DNA of 64,000 nucleotides from positions 224,001-288,000 of the forward strand of contig JBGASG010000004.1 in NCBI GenBank assembly GCA_044229845.1. The letters are read 5' to 3'. Shown one piece after another: positions 39,681-50,414 of the stretch. This DNA comes from Candidatus Obscuribacteraceae bacterium. Lineage in GTDB: Bacteria; Cyanobacteriota; Vampirovibrionia; Obscuribacterales; Obscuribacteraceae. Made by a program: the position numbers and the translations under genes. The notes under the pieces are model-generated. The model was not told the DNA's origin. It saw only the letters and a list, made by a program, of their open reading frames with translations, and searched no databases. Position 1 is the stretch's first letter. Each line of letters begins with the position of its first letter.

Positions 39681-40619
39681 CTAAGTGAGAACTTTTTCGA
39701 GTGACTTGATCCAGCCCCACGTGTCGCGCAGTCCGTCCTTCAGATCGACTTGCGGCTCCCACTGCAAATAAGTTTTCGCGCGGGTGATATCGAGCACGTT
39801 GGCCGGCACATCCAGCGCGCGCGCCGGCGTGTATTGCACCTCCACCGGTACGTCCACGACTTCTTTGATGCGGGCGATGATGTCGTTAAGTGTGTACCCG
39901 ATGCCCGATCCGATGTTAAAAACGCGCGGCTCGTCAACCTTTGGCTTGTATTCGCCGGCTTTGACCAGCGCCCGGGCGGCATCTCTTATATATAGATAAT
40001 CTCTGACAGCACCACCGTCACCCCAGATAGTGATCGGTTTGCCCTGGGCGACATTGCCCAGAAACACGCCGACGGCGCCCTGCTTCGCATTCGGGTTCTG
40101 CCCCTCTCCATAAGGATTGGAAATGCGCGCCACCACAAACTCCAGTCCATGCAGGTGGTGGAAAAGACTGAGGTACTTCTCGATGGTCAGCTTGCTGATT
40201 CCATAAGAGCAGATGGGATCAGTCGGGTGCTCTTCTTTGATGGGCGTCGTTTGCGGTACACCATATATGGTGCCACCGGAAGAGATGAAGATCACTTTCT
40301 TGACGGCTGAAGCTACGCAGCATTGCAAGAGTTGCAGCGTATCTATGACGTTGGAACGCACGTCGTAGGTCGGGTCTTCATTGGAAGTCTGCGGCAAGGT
40401 CGTATAAGCGAGATGATAAATCCAGTCCATGCCGCGCACCGCTTCTTCCACTTCGCCGTGATTGGCGAAATCGCCGGTGAGGTATTCGACGCGAGCATCG
40501 GGCTGCCGGTAGCGGCTGGGATATCGGTCGAAGACGCGCACGCTGTGTCCAGCTTGCAACAACTCATCTACGAGATTGATGCCGATAAATCCGTTGCCGC
40601 CAATGACCAGCGCTTTCAT
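39681..40619 (-). CDS. NAD-dependent nucleotide-sugar epimerase/dehydratase
   Basis: GGNGFIG, SSGGTIYG, YGISK and NPYG motifs; GAGGTG before ATG 40619. Confidence 0.94.
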   Translation of the reverse strand: MKALVIGGNGFIGINLVDELLQAGHSVRVFDRYPSRYRQPDARVEYLTGDFANHGEVEEAVRGMDWIYHLAYTTLPQTSNEDPTYDVRSNVIDTLQLLQCCVASAVKKVIFISSGGTIYGVPQTTPIKEEHPTDPICSYGISKLTIEKYLSLFHHLHGLEFVVARISNPYGEGQNPNAKQGAVGVFLGNVAQGKPITIWGDGGAVRDYLYIRDAARALVKAGEYKPKVDEPRVFNIGSGIGYTLNDIIARIKEVVDVPVEVQYTPARALDVPANVLDITRAKTYLQWEPQVDLKDGLRDTWGWIKSLEKVLT

Positions 40620-40636
40620 GTCACCTCTTCGGACCT

Positions 40637-42073
40637 TTAGACTCGAGCTTGGGCTTGGTCGCAAGACGCGCCCATCGGCTTTTCGGTGCAGCGTTCGCGA
40701 TATACCTTCTCGATATCGTCGACCATCTCAGCCGTAGTGCGCTCGGGGGGAATATTATCCGACAAGCGCTTCGCCAGGGAAGGGTCATCAAGCAAGCTTT
40801 GCAATTGCACTTTCAGCGACTCGACGTCGTTGAGGGTAAACAGAAGCCCGTTTTCCCCGTGCTTGACGATCTCGGACATGCCGCCCAGATCCGTCACCAG
40901 AAGTGGAGTTCTGGTCGCCAGCGACGATTGGATGACCAGCGGCGTATTCTCGTACCAGCGCGATGGCACGACCAGAATATCCAGATTGGCTAAGACTTCG
41001 CCCAGTTGCTCGTTCGGGAAGGTGCCCAGGAATTCGATTTGCTCCCTGTGCCTGCCCTCCGCCGCCAGTTTCTTTAACAGCGAACCGTATTCAGGAAACT
41101 GATTGGGGTCGCCGTAAATCTTCAAGACAGCCGGCGCATCGGCTGGGAGCTGATGGAAAGCCTTGATTAGCAGGTCGGTGCCTTTGTGCTCAAAAAGAGT
41201 CCCGATAAACCCAATCCGCAACACATTGGACGGCACCTTCTTCTGATAAGGAATTAAGGGCGCCGTATCGATGCCGAAAGGGACATGTTCGATTAAATCG
41301 GCACGGATGCCGTTTTCGACGAATATGTCACGCATGAGTTTCGTCGGCACCATGATCGCGCGGGTCCGGTTGGCCGCGTCGCGCAGCACGCCCGGGCGCT
41401 TCAATGTCGCGTCTTCAGCCTGCGGTCTCTTCTTAGTTTTGTAGGTCTCGAACAAAAACCGCGAAATCGGCTTGGCCGCCGAGAGAGCCGATGCCAGCCC
41501 CGGATAGCGTTTCGCCAGGGCCTCATCGAACTGACTCTGGGGCGGAAACAAGTTTGGTGTATAGCAGGTCAAACAGTTACGGCCGCCGGGTCCTGGACCA
41601 CGGCAGACACTGCCGTCGGGGCGCTTGAGTTGCACAATCGGGCAGACAAACCAGAAGTCGGTGGTCGAACAAACCACCGGTACGCCCCGCTCACAGGCTT
41701 CATCGATGATCGATGAGGAGAGATTTTGCGCATGGAATATATGCAAGATATCCGGTTTGAATCGCTCCATCACTTCCCCGAAGTGCGTTTTCACGCCGGG
41801 GTGAAAATATTCATGATGAAAGGTATATCCACGCAACCGCAAAGGCTCGCCGATTACGTGCACCGGAACGTCCTGAAATACGTAATCTTCCGTTTCATTG
41901 CCGACCGCGTGACGCGCATCGAGATCGGGCGGATTAGCCGTGACTACTAAAACTTCGTAGCCTCGAGCCATCAGTTCGCGAGCTACTTTCAACGTCAAAA
42001 CTTCAGTACCGGCGCGGTGTTCGGGGAAGAACTTGTGCACCGTTAATAAGATACGTTTCATTCCGAATGTCAT
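40637..42073 (-). CDS. GT4 (GT-B) glycosyltransferase with Cys-rich insert
   Basis: HKFFPEHRAGTE, DFWFVCP...CRGP...NCLTC, IGTLFEHKG and PSRWYENTPLV motifs. Confidence 0.92.
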   Translation of the reverse strand: MTFGMKRILLTVHKFFPEHRAGTEVLTLKVARELMARGYEVLVVTANPPDLDARHAVGNETEDYVFQDVPVHVIGEPLRLRGYTFHHEYFHPGVKTHFGEVMERFKPDILHIFHAQNLSSSIIDEACERGVPVVCSTTDFWFVCPIVQLKRPDGSVCRGPGPGGRNCLTCYTPNLFPPQSQFDEALAKRYPGLASALSAAKPISRFLFETYKTKKRPQAEDATLKRPGVLRDAANRTRAIMVPTKLMRDIFVENGIRADLIEHVPFGIDTAPLIPYQKKVPSNVLRIGFIGTLFEHKGTDLLIKAFHQLPADAPAVLKIYGDPNQFPEYGSLLKKLAAEGRHREQIEFLGTFPNEQLGEVLANLDILVVPSRWYENTPLVIQSSLATRTPLLVTDLGGMSEIVKHGENGLLFTLNDVESLKVQLQSLLDDPSLAKRLSDNIPPERTTAEMVDDIEKVYRERCTEKPMGASCDQAQARV

Positions 42074-42177
42074 GAAGAGACACCAATCATATCAGCCTGA
42101 GAGAGGTTTCAATAAATGATGCACTGACAACCGTAAAATATAGGCTGCACAGGCGTGTTACCCGCCGGGAGAAAGTT

Positions 42178-44901
42178 TTGCAATTGCAGTCGCAACTGAC
42201 GCCGCAGTCTGAACAAGAAGTTCAAGAAGTTCGGATCAGCGTCGAACGCAAACCCGAGCGCACCACCTCCCACCTGACCAATGTGTCGTTGGCAGCCGGA
42301 GTCTTTGTGGTGGCACTGGCACTGCGCCTGGCGTTCAACTTCGCCGGCGACCACTACAATGCCTTCGCCATTGGCGACGCGGCAGAATATTTGCGCAATG
42401 CGCAGGTGCTGTGCACATTCTCACAACATGCCGGCGCCGCTGATTTCGCGCAGCTGAAATGCCTGGGCATGTCCGGTCCGATCTTTCCCGGCTTCCTGGC
42501 TGCCTGCCATCTGATCTGCGGTGCGCCGGTTACAGCGGAGAACTGGGCGATTGCAGTGGTGCCGCAATGCATCGTCTCGGCGCTCACCAGTGTGTTGATC
42601 ATGCTGACTGCGTGGACTGCATACAATCGCAGAACCGCCATCGCTGCAGGCATCTTCGCGGCTTTCTATCCCGCCTTCATCGTCAACAGCGGTCGGCTGT
42701 GCAGCGAAACCTTCGCTGCGTTTTTGCTGGCCGCGATCTCGCTGCTGGTGGTGCGCGGATTTTGCGCTTCCGCTGCAGATAAGGGACCATCACTTTTGTC
42801 GGTGTTCGTCACCGGAGCTCTGACCGCCGCATTGCAGCTGACTCGCTCGGCGCTGATCGTCGTCTCACCACTGGTAGTGGCAGCAGCGTTTTATCAACGC
42901 TCAAGGAAGAAACTTCCGGCGGCCATCGTCGCCATGGTGCTCGGCTTCGCTTCCATACTTATGCCCTGGGCGACGGTGCAAAAGCTCGCTACCGGCGTAG
43001 CCAGCCCCTTTGTAGATCGGGTCGGCAACTACAACTTCTACACCGGCAACAGCACAGACGGGCTGGGATGGCTATCCTTTCCCTATCCCGACAGCCACGG
43101 CATGAACGAGAAATCGCTTTTGCAACTGGGCAAGGAAGCGATTGCTCCAAGTCCCGTCCGCTGGCTGCGGCTGATGCAGGACAAGCCGGCCAGACTCTTC
43201 AAATTTCCGTGGAACGACTTCCGCGTATCAATCGGACCGGTCAACTTTCAAATGCAGGTGTTCGCTCACCAGCTGCTGGTGCTTCTGGCAGCACTGGGCA
43301 TTTGTCTGACTCTCGGCGGCACTGCAACTGCCGGCAGCAGTAGCCACAGGGGTGCGCGCGCACTGTTTTTGGCTCGCCTGTTCCTGCTGACGGTCGTCGC
43401 CCTGCACTTGCCGTACTTCCTCTTTATCACCTTGCCGCGCTACAACCTGACTGCTATGCCGGCGCTTCTGGTCTTCGCGGCGGCCGGCGCTTTGTGCCTC
43501 TACAACCTGGTGACCAACCGGGCAACACGCGCCACTGGCTTGTTCGTGTTAAGCGGCGCATTGTTGTTTTTCTGCGCGCAACAGATCAACTGGTTTGCAA
43601 TCACCGAAAGTGTTTTGCTCGGCAAACACACCAATCTGTCGCTGGCTCTGGTGTCCCTTTTAAAAGCAGGCACCATCCTGGCATTCGTGTTTGCGCTCTG
43701 GAAAGCGGCCCCTTTCCAAGCCGGTCATAAAGTCGCCAGCCGCGCGCTCATAGTCGTCATGGCAATCGGCACCCTTGCCGTCGCCACAATTCCGGTGCGC
43801 GCCAATGGTCGTTGTTTCGAATGGACCTGCCCCTTAACGGCCGGATCGACAGTCACGCAGACAATCGTCCTCGACCCGGCAGTGCGACAAACTCTGCCCG
43901 GTCGGCAGGCATTCATCGCAGTCGATACCAATGGCGCTTCCGACCTGTCCAATCTATCCGTGAGCGTCAACGGCAAACCGCTGGACGTGGCCGGCATACC
44001 CGTCATGTCGTTGCATCAGTATTGCGGCAGCTGGGTCAATTCATCGCCGCAGATAATTTTGCGAGAGTGCGAATGGATCTTCGATTGCCTGGCCAAACCA
44101 GCCTCCACCAGCAACCGCGAACTAAGACAATGGTTCTTGCTGCCGGTGCCGCTGGATACGATGCGTGCCGGCTTGCAATCCGGAAAACTGGATGTAGTCA
44201 TTACGGCCAAAGGCCCCGCCACCTTATATGGTGCGTATGCGTCGCGCAAGACACACGCGCACTTGCCTGACTTTACCTATTACTCGTGGGAGAAAGCGTT
44301 CTACGGAGTCGAGAGCGACCGTGGATTGGGCGATGCGCGTTACGACACCCAGGTCGAAACCAGGGCAGTCGCGCCACGTTACACTGACCTCTCAGGCGAA
44401 CCCGGCGCTCAGACAGGCGCATACAACGTCAGACTTTTCGTGGGCTCCAATCTAGAGCTGACACACAATAAGATAGTACCGACCGAAGCCGATCAATCAT
44501 TTGCAGTACAGTCCCAACAGAACCAAGCAGCTGTCGCCATCGCCGAGCCTTTGACGCTGTCCTTCAAGGACTTCCCGAAAGGGAACGGACACGAAGTCTG
44601 GGTACTGCGGGTCTCAGGTGTGGCGATCGGCAAGCAACCGACACACATGAATGTTGCCGTCAGTGCCAACATGCCTGCTACACGCTACGACTCGCCATGG
44701 GGCGGGCGCGGCATCGAAGTCACCACCACACCAGAACCTTTTGATATTGCGGTGCCGCTCAATTCGGCGCCGCTGCCCGCCAATTTGCAGTCAATAGAGT
44801 CGGTGATTAGCGCCGACCAGCCCATCGAAATCAGGAATCTCAGAGCACAGTTAGTCAAGCTGCCCTGCAACCCCCTCTGGGGCGGGCACCACATATGGTG
44901 A
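42178..44901 (+). CDS. GT-C (ArnT/PMT_2-like) glycosyltransferase with large C-terminal ectodomain, paralog 1
   Basis: TM1-D..EY loop, YP, SET and PRY motifs; many TM helices; start uncertain. Confidence 0.8.
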   Translation: MQLQSQLTPQSEQEVQEVRISVERKPERTTSHLTNVSLAAGVFVVALALRLAFNFAGDHYNAFAIGDAAEYLRNAQVLCTFSQHAGAADFAQLKCLGMSGPIFPGFLAACHLICGAPVTAENWAIAVVPQCIVSALTSVLIMLTAWTAYNRRTAIAAGIFAAFYPAFIVNSGRLCSETFAAFLLAAISLLVVRGFCASAADKGPSLLSVFVTGALTAALQLTRSALIVVSPLVVAAAFYQRSRKKLPAAIVAMVLGFASILMPWATVQKLATGVASPFVDRVGNYNFYTGNSTDGLGWLSFPYPDSHGMNEKSLLQLGKEAIAPSPVRWLRLMQDKPARLFKFPWNDFRVSIGPVNFQMQVFAHQLLVLLAALGICLTLGGTATAGSSSHRGARALFLARLFLLTVVALHLPYFLFITLPRYNLTAMPALLVFAAAGALCLYNLVTNRATRATGLFVLSGALLFFCAQQINWFAITESVLLGKHTNLSLALVSLLKAGTILAFVFALWKAAPFQAGHKVASRALIVVMAIGTLAVATIPVRANGRCFEWTCPLTAGSTVTQTIVLDPAVRQTLPGRQAFIAVDTNGASDLSNLSVSVNGKPLDVAGIPVMSLHQYCGSWVNSSPQIILRECEWIFDCLAKPASTSNRELRQWFLLPVPLDTMRAGLQSGKLDVVITAKGPATLYGAYASRKTHAHLPDFTYYSWEKAFYGVESDRGLGDARYDTQVETRAVAPRYTDLSGEPGAQTGAYNVRLFVGSNLELTHNKIVPTEADQSFAVQSQQNQAAVAIAEPLTLSFKDFPKGNGHEVWVLRVSGVAIGKQPTHMNVAVSANMPATRYDSPWGGRGIEVTTTPEPFDIAVPLNSAPLPANLQSIESVISADQPIEIRNLRAQLVKLPCNPLWGGHHIW

Positions 44902-44904
44902 AGA

Positions 44905-47742
44905 ATGATAAGTCAAACCGTCAGCGCTAAAATCGACCGCAAATGGGGACAAGGTGAGGCTCAGAAGCCCTTCCCAGTGCTGGAGATACTCGCCCTGGGG
45001 GTTGTCTTCCTGATTGCGCTGGGGCTGCGGGTGTGGTTCGTGTTTCTGGAACCGCACATCAACATTGCTTCGGTATCTGATGCGTCGGAGTTTCTCCGCA
45101 ACGCACAGGCTATGCTCGACCTGCCGAAGCTGCCGACCGAGTTCGGCTGGCAGTGCTGGCAAGCATTGACCAGCGGCACAACGTCGCCGGAGTCGCTCGC
45201 CCAGATCAAGCAGACACTGTCTCCGTTAAAAGGACTGTACATCAGCGGTCCTATCATTCCGCTCTTCTTCGCATTCACATACGCCGTCTCGCTGACGCCG
45301 TTCAGCTTCGCCAACTGCACGCCTCCACTGGTCGGCAATGTCATCCTGTCCGCGCTTACCTGCGTCTTCTTCGCTCTGACAGCCACTTACGCCTTCGACA
45401 AGAAAACGGGTTTCTTAGCCGGCATCGGCTGCGCGCTCTATCCCGCCTTCATCATCAATAGTTCTCGCTTGTACTGCGAGACGCTGGCAGCGTTTCTTCT
45501 CAGCGTCGTCTGCTTCCTCACCGTGCGCGGTTTCGCCAAAGAACTGTCGATTAAGGACACGGTCTTCTCGGCTTTCGTGAACGGCATATTCGCTGCGTCC
45601 CTGCAATTCACCCGTTCGATAACTGTATTTATCTCGCTGGCGTTGTTGCCGGTTGTGTTTACGCAGCAGGGCTGGCGCAAGGGTCTTCTGGCATTGCCGG
45701 CGTTTCTTTTTGGATTTGCATTGGTTGCCTTGCCCTGGTTGGGCTTGCAGCAACTGACGTTCGGCTCAGCCGGACTGGTCGTCGACCGGGTCGGCAACTA
45801 CAACTTCTTCATGGGCAACCATGTAGACGGTGCCGGTTTCGTGACCTTCCCTTATGAAGACGGCACCGACATCGAAAAACGTCCGATGGCACAACTGGCG
45901 AAAGAAGCCATTTCGCGCAGCCCGTCGCGCTGGGCGCATCTGATGGTGCAGGACAAGCCGCTCCGGCTCTTCAAAATGCCGTGGAACGACTTCCGCATGC
46001 CACTCGGTCCCGTTTCTTTTTACTGGCAGACCATAATTCATCAGGCACTGCTACTGCTCGCCGCCGTCGGTGCTGCGCTCTGCTTCACGGTCGACTTCAC
46101 TAACCCTGACCGCAGCCGCCAGCCTCAATTGCGCCGCGTCAATCCGGTGACGCCCGCGAAAGTGTTTTTGCTTTCAATCTTTGTACTGCATTGCGCCTAC
46201 ATGCTCTTCATCACGGTGCCTCGCTACAACCTGACAGTCATGCCGATCGTGATCGTGTTCGCGGCCGCCGGCATCAGCTCGCTGGTGGCACTGTGCCGCG
46301 AGCGTGGCGGTTTCACAACCATCACGGGTTTAGGCATGAGCAGCCTGTTTCTCTTCGCCATCGCCAATATTCCGCTCGCCGCCTTCGTGCAAGTGGTCGG
46401 TGCAAAACAGGCAGCGATCGCGCTCACAGTGCAATGCACGCTCAAGTTTCTCGCTTTCACCAGTCTGGCATTCTGCCTCTGGCAAGCACTGATGATATTC
46501 GCCGGTGCCGCCAAACGCGGCTCCACTGCCGCCCCTCAGGGCGGGGCGATTTTAGGACGCGCAGCAGTGGCGATGCTCTTCGTGGCAGCGGTTTTGACGA
46601 TGGTGATTCCAGCGCGCGGCAATGGTCGCTGGGACGAATGGCAGGCGCCGGTCACCGCCGATCGTGCCAATTTAGAGCAGCAGCTCGTCCTGCCTAAGCG
46701 CGTCGTCAACGACCTCGCCCACGGCCGCCGTTCTGCCTATTTGTTGATCGACACCACCGATGCCGACGCGGCGCAGTCGCTGCGCGTGGCAGTCAACGGA
46801 CAGACTGTGCAGGCACCAGTGATCGCCGGCAACGCATTCGTGGACCAGAATGACTTCACCATGTTCGCCAAGCTTCCGGAAGGCGGTTTCATGCGCGAAG
46901 GCGAATGGGTCTTCCGATGCCTGACGGAACCGGCAGGCATCAGCAACGCCGACTTGCGTCAGTGGTTCATGGTGCCCTTGCCGGCAGAGTTAATCAGCGG
47001 CAAGCCGGAGGTCAAAGTTTCGCTCGCCAACAATCGCCCGGAAGACGCCGTACCGGTCGTCTTCGGCAGCTACAGCACGCGACGGGGCAAGTCCATCATT
47101 CCCGGACTGACACCATACTCTTGGGAGAAGACTTTCTTCGGCGTCGAAAACGACCGCGGATTCTGTGACACCAGATATGATACCAAGCTGGCCGAAGATT
47201 TGAGCGTTCCTCAATATAAGGATATGAGCCCGGCGCTCGGACTGCAGAGCGGACGCTACAACGTGCGCCTGTTGATGGACACGCCGGACGACGGGTCTAA
47301 GACAACTCTGGCACCGACTCCGGTGTGCACGGTGGACGTCGGCGAGGTGCGTTTGAGCAAAGCGCTGGCGCCGTTCAAAGTGTCGAGCGGCGAGTTGCCG
47401 GCTATCGGTGCCAATGACTGGTGGCTGGTGCGCGTACGCGGCAGCGTGCGCAGGCTGGGCGGCGAAGGCAAGGTAAATCTGGATGTGCGCGCCGCATCTG
47501 CCGACAACTTCTACCGCTCGCCATGGGCTGGTACGCTCTCTGCCGGCGAAAACTGGCGGACGTTCGACACAGCAGTACCTTTGATGCCGGGCAAGTTGCG
47601 CGACATCATGCCCAATGCAATCACGTGCCAGTTCAGTGCCACCGACAAAGATCGGGCGGCAGACACCGAATTCAAAAATGTCCAGTTCGAAATTCTGCAT
47701 ATCCCGGGCAATCCGTTAGCTCGCGGATATGAAGTCTTCTAA
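44905..47742 (+). CDS. GT-C (ArnT/PMT_2-like) glycosyltransferase with large C-terminal ectodomain, paralog 2
   Basis: Colinear with paralog 1 (DRVGNYNF, QDKP.RLFK.PWNDFR, LRQWF, YSWEK.F.GVE.DRG). Confidence 0.8.
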   Translation: MISQTVSAKIDRKWGQGEAQKPFPVLEILALGVVFLIALGLRVWFVFLEPHINIASVSDASEFLRNAQAMLDLPKLPTEFGWQCWQALTSGTTSPESLAQIKQTLSPLKGLYISGPIIPLFFAFTYAVSLTPFSFANCTPPLVGNVILSALTCVFFALTATYAFDKKTGFLAGIGCALYPAFIINSSRLYCETLAAFLLSVVCFLTVRGFAKELSIKDTVFSAFVNGIFAASLQFTRSITVFISLALLPVVFTQQGWRKGLLALPAFLFGFALVALPWLGLQQLTFGSAGLVVDRVGNYNFFMGNHVDGAGFVTFPYEDGTDIEKRPMAQLAKEAISRSPSRWAHLMVQDKPLRLFKMPWNDFRMPLGPVSFYWQTIIHQALLLLAAVGAALCFTVDFTNPDRSRQPQLRRVNPVTPAKVFLLSIFVLHCAYMLFITVPRYNLTVMPIVIVFAAAGISSLVALCRERGGFTTITGLGMSSLFLFAIANIPLAAFVQVVGAKQAAIALTVQCTLKFLAFTSLAFCLWQALMIFAGAAKRGSTAAPQGGAILGRAAVAMLFVAAVLTMVIPARGNGRWDEWQAPVTADRANLEQQLVLPKRVVNDLAHGRRSAYLLIDTTDADAAQSLRVAVNGQTVQAPVIAGNAFVDQNDFTMFAKLPEGGFMREGEWVFRCLTEPAGISNADLRQWFMVPLPAELISGKPEVKVSLANNRPEDAVPVVFGSYSTRRGKSIIPGLTPYSWEKTFFGVENDRGFCDTRYDTKLAEDLSVPQYKDMSPALGLQSGRYNVRLLMDTPDDGSKTTLAPTPVCTVDVGEVRLSKALAPFKVSSGELPAIGANDWWLVRVRGSVRRLGGEGKVNLDVRAASADNFYRSPWAGTLSAGENWRTFDTAVPLMPGKLRDIMPNAITCQFSATDKDRAADTEFKNVQFEILHIPGNPLARGYEVF

Positions 47743-50257
47743 GGAGAAACTTTTGGTCGCCGTCCCTCAAAGCAGCAACGCCAGCACGACGCCGGATGAC
47801 AGCGCCGTCATCAGTGGCCATCCTGCCGTTGAAACCAAGCCGGTCCGCTGGCAACTGGTGACGGCGGTGCTCTGTTTTGTGCTGGTGGCAATGGTTGCCT
47901 TTTGCTATCGCAACACGCTCAATAGTTATTTCCTGGCCGATGACTTCGGCGAAGTCTTCTACATGAGTCGCATCTGGAACGGCGAGTGGAATCTCTACTT
48001 GTCAGACTGGATGTCCAACACCATGAACAATCCGGGCATGGCTGTGTACCGTCCCTGGTTCATCACCACGCTGGTGATTGATTATTTCTTCTTCCACGGC
48101 AACGCCGCCGGCTACTACGCAAGCAACATAGCCTACTTCGCCGCCGATGTGGTTTTGTTCTTCTTTGTCGTGCGGCAGTTGACGAGCACCTGGACGCCTG
48201 CGCGTTCGCTGGCATGCAGTTTTACCGCCGCAGCGTTGTTCGGCCTCAGTCCGCTGCATTGCGAGAGCATCTCGTGGGTGGGCGGGCGCACCGACACCGT
48301 TTGCGCAACCTTTTTCCTGGCTGGTTTGCTGTGCTTCTTGCTGGCACGAGCGCGCAATTCGTGGCTTCTGACTGCGGGCGCCGTTCTGGCATACACGCTG
48401 GGAATACTGACCAAAGAGATGGCTATCGGATTACCGGTGGTCGCCGCCGGCATCGCATTTATCTATCCCAAGAACGCGCCGCACCCAGAAACGCCGTTGC
48501 TGAGCAGCGTCTGGCAACGAGCTGCCGGCGCACTCAAAGAAACCAGCGGTCTCTGGATCGCCACCACGATCTATTTTGTTGCTCGCTACCTGGCGCTCGG
48601 CACCATGCTCGGTGGCTACACCGCCGGATTGGGAGCAGCACAATCGATGGGCGCGCTGAGCGCCTGGATGGATCTGGACAGCTATCGCCGTTTCATCCTG
48701 CCGTTCGGCATCGATATCGTCTCCCCCACGGGCTCGCTGGCATACATGCTGATCGCCGCTTATGCGGTCGCGACATTCTTATTGATATTGCGGCTGGGGC
48801 GCGGCGAGATTTCCGGTAAGAACCTGCTGCTCCTTGGCGTCTGGATTATCGCCAGCATCCTGCCGATCTACAAATTGTGGGGCATCGGTCCCAATCTCGA
48901 AGGTGCACGTTACTGTTTCTTCCTGACCATTCCGTGCAGTTTAGTCTTGCCCTTTTTACTCTTCTCGCCGCCCAAGTCTGCCGAGACGGAGAAATCCAAA
49001 TTCACAATCATGACCACGATTGTCGCGGTGCTGGCATTGGGGCTGATGCTTTTCGTGAATGCACGAGCGTTGATGCGAACCAACCGCGAGTGGGTGGCAG
49101 CCGGGCAACAAGTGCACGCCATTACCAATGGTGTCGTGCGGTTGGTTGAGAAACTGCCGCAGGGCAAAGAACGCGCGTTGATTTTCAGCGTGCCCAAAAC
49201 GCATATGGGTGCCCACATGATCTACAACGGTCCGACTCTGATGACGGCACTAAAACCGCCTTTCAGACAACAGGACTACGAAAGCAAAGTCGAATCTGCC
49301 GATCATCTGTTCTTCGGACTGGATCGGTTCATCAACGCGACCCGATTTAAACAACGGCTTGCCTCAGGTCGCGTCGATGGACCCTATGCCTGGGATTTGC
49401 GCAAACACAACTTCATCAAGATGAGCTATGGTGCCGTTTCTTCAACAGATGGCACGCGCGTGCTGCCTTTGAACGTCGCGACCACATCGGTGCAGGTGTA
49501 CACCAATGGCGGTGCCGAAGTGGCAGCCTCACCGGACGGGCAAACAGTGCACCTGAGCAAAGTCCGTCCCAACGAGGGACTTCGCTTTGGCGGTCTCAAT
49601 CTGAATCCGCTCGATGTTGATTTTGTCGAAATCCAGTACCGCTTTCCTAAAGAATCCCCGACTGGTGCCACTGCCTTCGAAGCGCGCTGGCAGGGCAGTG
49701 AGAAAGCCGCCAGCCTTCCTGAAGATCTGCGAGCCACCAGGGAAATCGACGCCGCTACGTCACCGGTACCGGGCGATTGGCAGACGGTGCGCATTCCACT
49801 TTCTCACTATTGGCGCTGGTATGGTTGCGGCAGAATTGATTCCGTATCGGTCTTTCCGCCGTCGGGATATGACGTGGAGATTCGCAAAATTGCTCTTCTC
49901 TCGGATAGCAGGGTGAGACCGCGCGTCAGTGTCGTCGGAGCAAAAGTCGATGGCTCGGGCGTTCACTACGTCAACAAAGACTGCACCATCACCTTCGATG
50001 CCAGCAAGATTCCAGGCGCCGCCGCACTGCGCATCGAGAACACGAAACAAGACTTCTTCTTCGACCAGGGAGCGAGCGCTAAGACCGGTTTGCACAGCAC
50101 TCAGAACACGCCGTCCGTGCAGGTAACGCTGCCATTCTCCTCTACCCTGTCTCCACGCAACTGTTTCTCCGAGATTCGCGCGCAAGCGCTGGACAGCCAG
50201 GGTCGCCCGATCGGTGAGCCCTCCGACGCCCAGGTCATCTTCGCCCAGGTCCAATAG
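47729..50257 (+). CDS. GT-C glycosyltransferase (TMTC-like motifs) with beta-rich ectodomain
   Basis: ADDF, YRP, HCESISWVGGRTD, TKE and RY motifs. Confidence 0.75.
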   Translation: MKSSKEKLLVAVPQSSNASTTPDDSAVISGHPAVETKPVRWQLVTAVLCFVLVAMVAFCYRNTLNSYFLADDFGEVFYMSRIWNGEWNLYLSDWMSNTMNNPGMAVYRPWFITTLVIDYFFFHGNAAGYYASNIAYFAADVVLFFFVVRQLTSTWTPARSLACSFTAAALFGLSPLHCESISWVGGRTDTVCATFFLAGLLCFLLARARNSWLLTAGAVLAYTLGILTKEMAIGLPVVAAGIAFIYPKNAPHPETPLLSSVWQRAAGALKETSGLWIATTIYFVARYLALGTMLGGYTAGLGAAQSMGALSAWMDLDSYRRFILPFGIDIVSPTGSLAYMLIAAYAVATFLLILRLGRGEISGKNLLLLGVWIIASILPIYKLWGIGPNLEGARYCFFLTIPCSLVLPFLLFSPPKSAETEKSKFTIMTTIVAVLALGLMLFVNARALMRTNREWVAAGQQVHAITNGVVRLVEKLPQGKERALIFSVPKTHMGAHMIYNGPTLMTALKPPFRQQDYESKVESADHLFFGLDRFINATRFKQRLASGRVDGPYAWDLRKHNFIKMSYGAVSSTDGTRVLPLNVATTSVQVYTNGGAEVAASPDGQTVHLSKVRPNEGLRFGGLNLNPLDVDFVEIQYRFPKESPTGATAFEARWQGSEKAASLPEDLRATREIDAATSPVPGDWQTVRIPLSHYWRWYGCGRIDSVSVFPPSGYDVEIRKIALLSDSRVRPRVSVVGAKVDGSGVHYVNKDCTITFDASKIPGAAALRIENTKQDFFFDQGASAKTGLHSTQNTPSVQVTLPFSSTLSPRNCFSEIRAQALDSQGRPIGEPSDAQVIFAQVQ

Positions 50258-50329
50258 CCACTCAGCTAGTGCGGGGAGTCAGAGCCGCAATCGGCGATAA
50301 TCCAGACCTGTAGAGTGAGACGGTTTGCC

Positions 50330-50357
50330 TTGCGGCGCGCGCAGAGCGGCTTATAAT
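50330..50357 (+). promoter_or_regulatory. Possible sigma70 promoter for the GT2 gene
   Basis: TTGCGG-N16-TATAAT. Confidence 0.4.
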
Positions 50358-50414
50358 ATGGCTTGCGCGGTCGGTCAGGGCTGCCGCTGTCAAGGCTGTA
50401 TGAGGAAGTGACTG

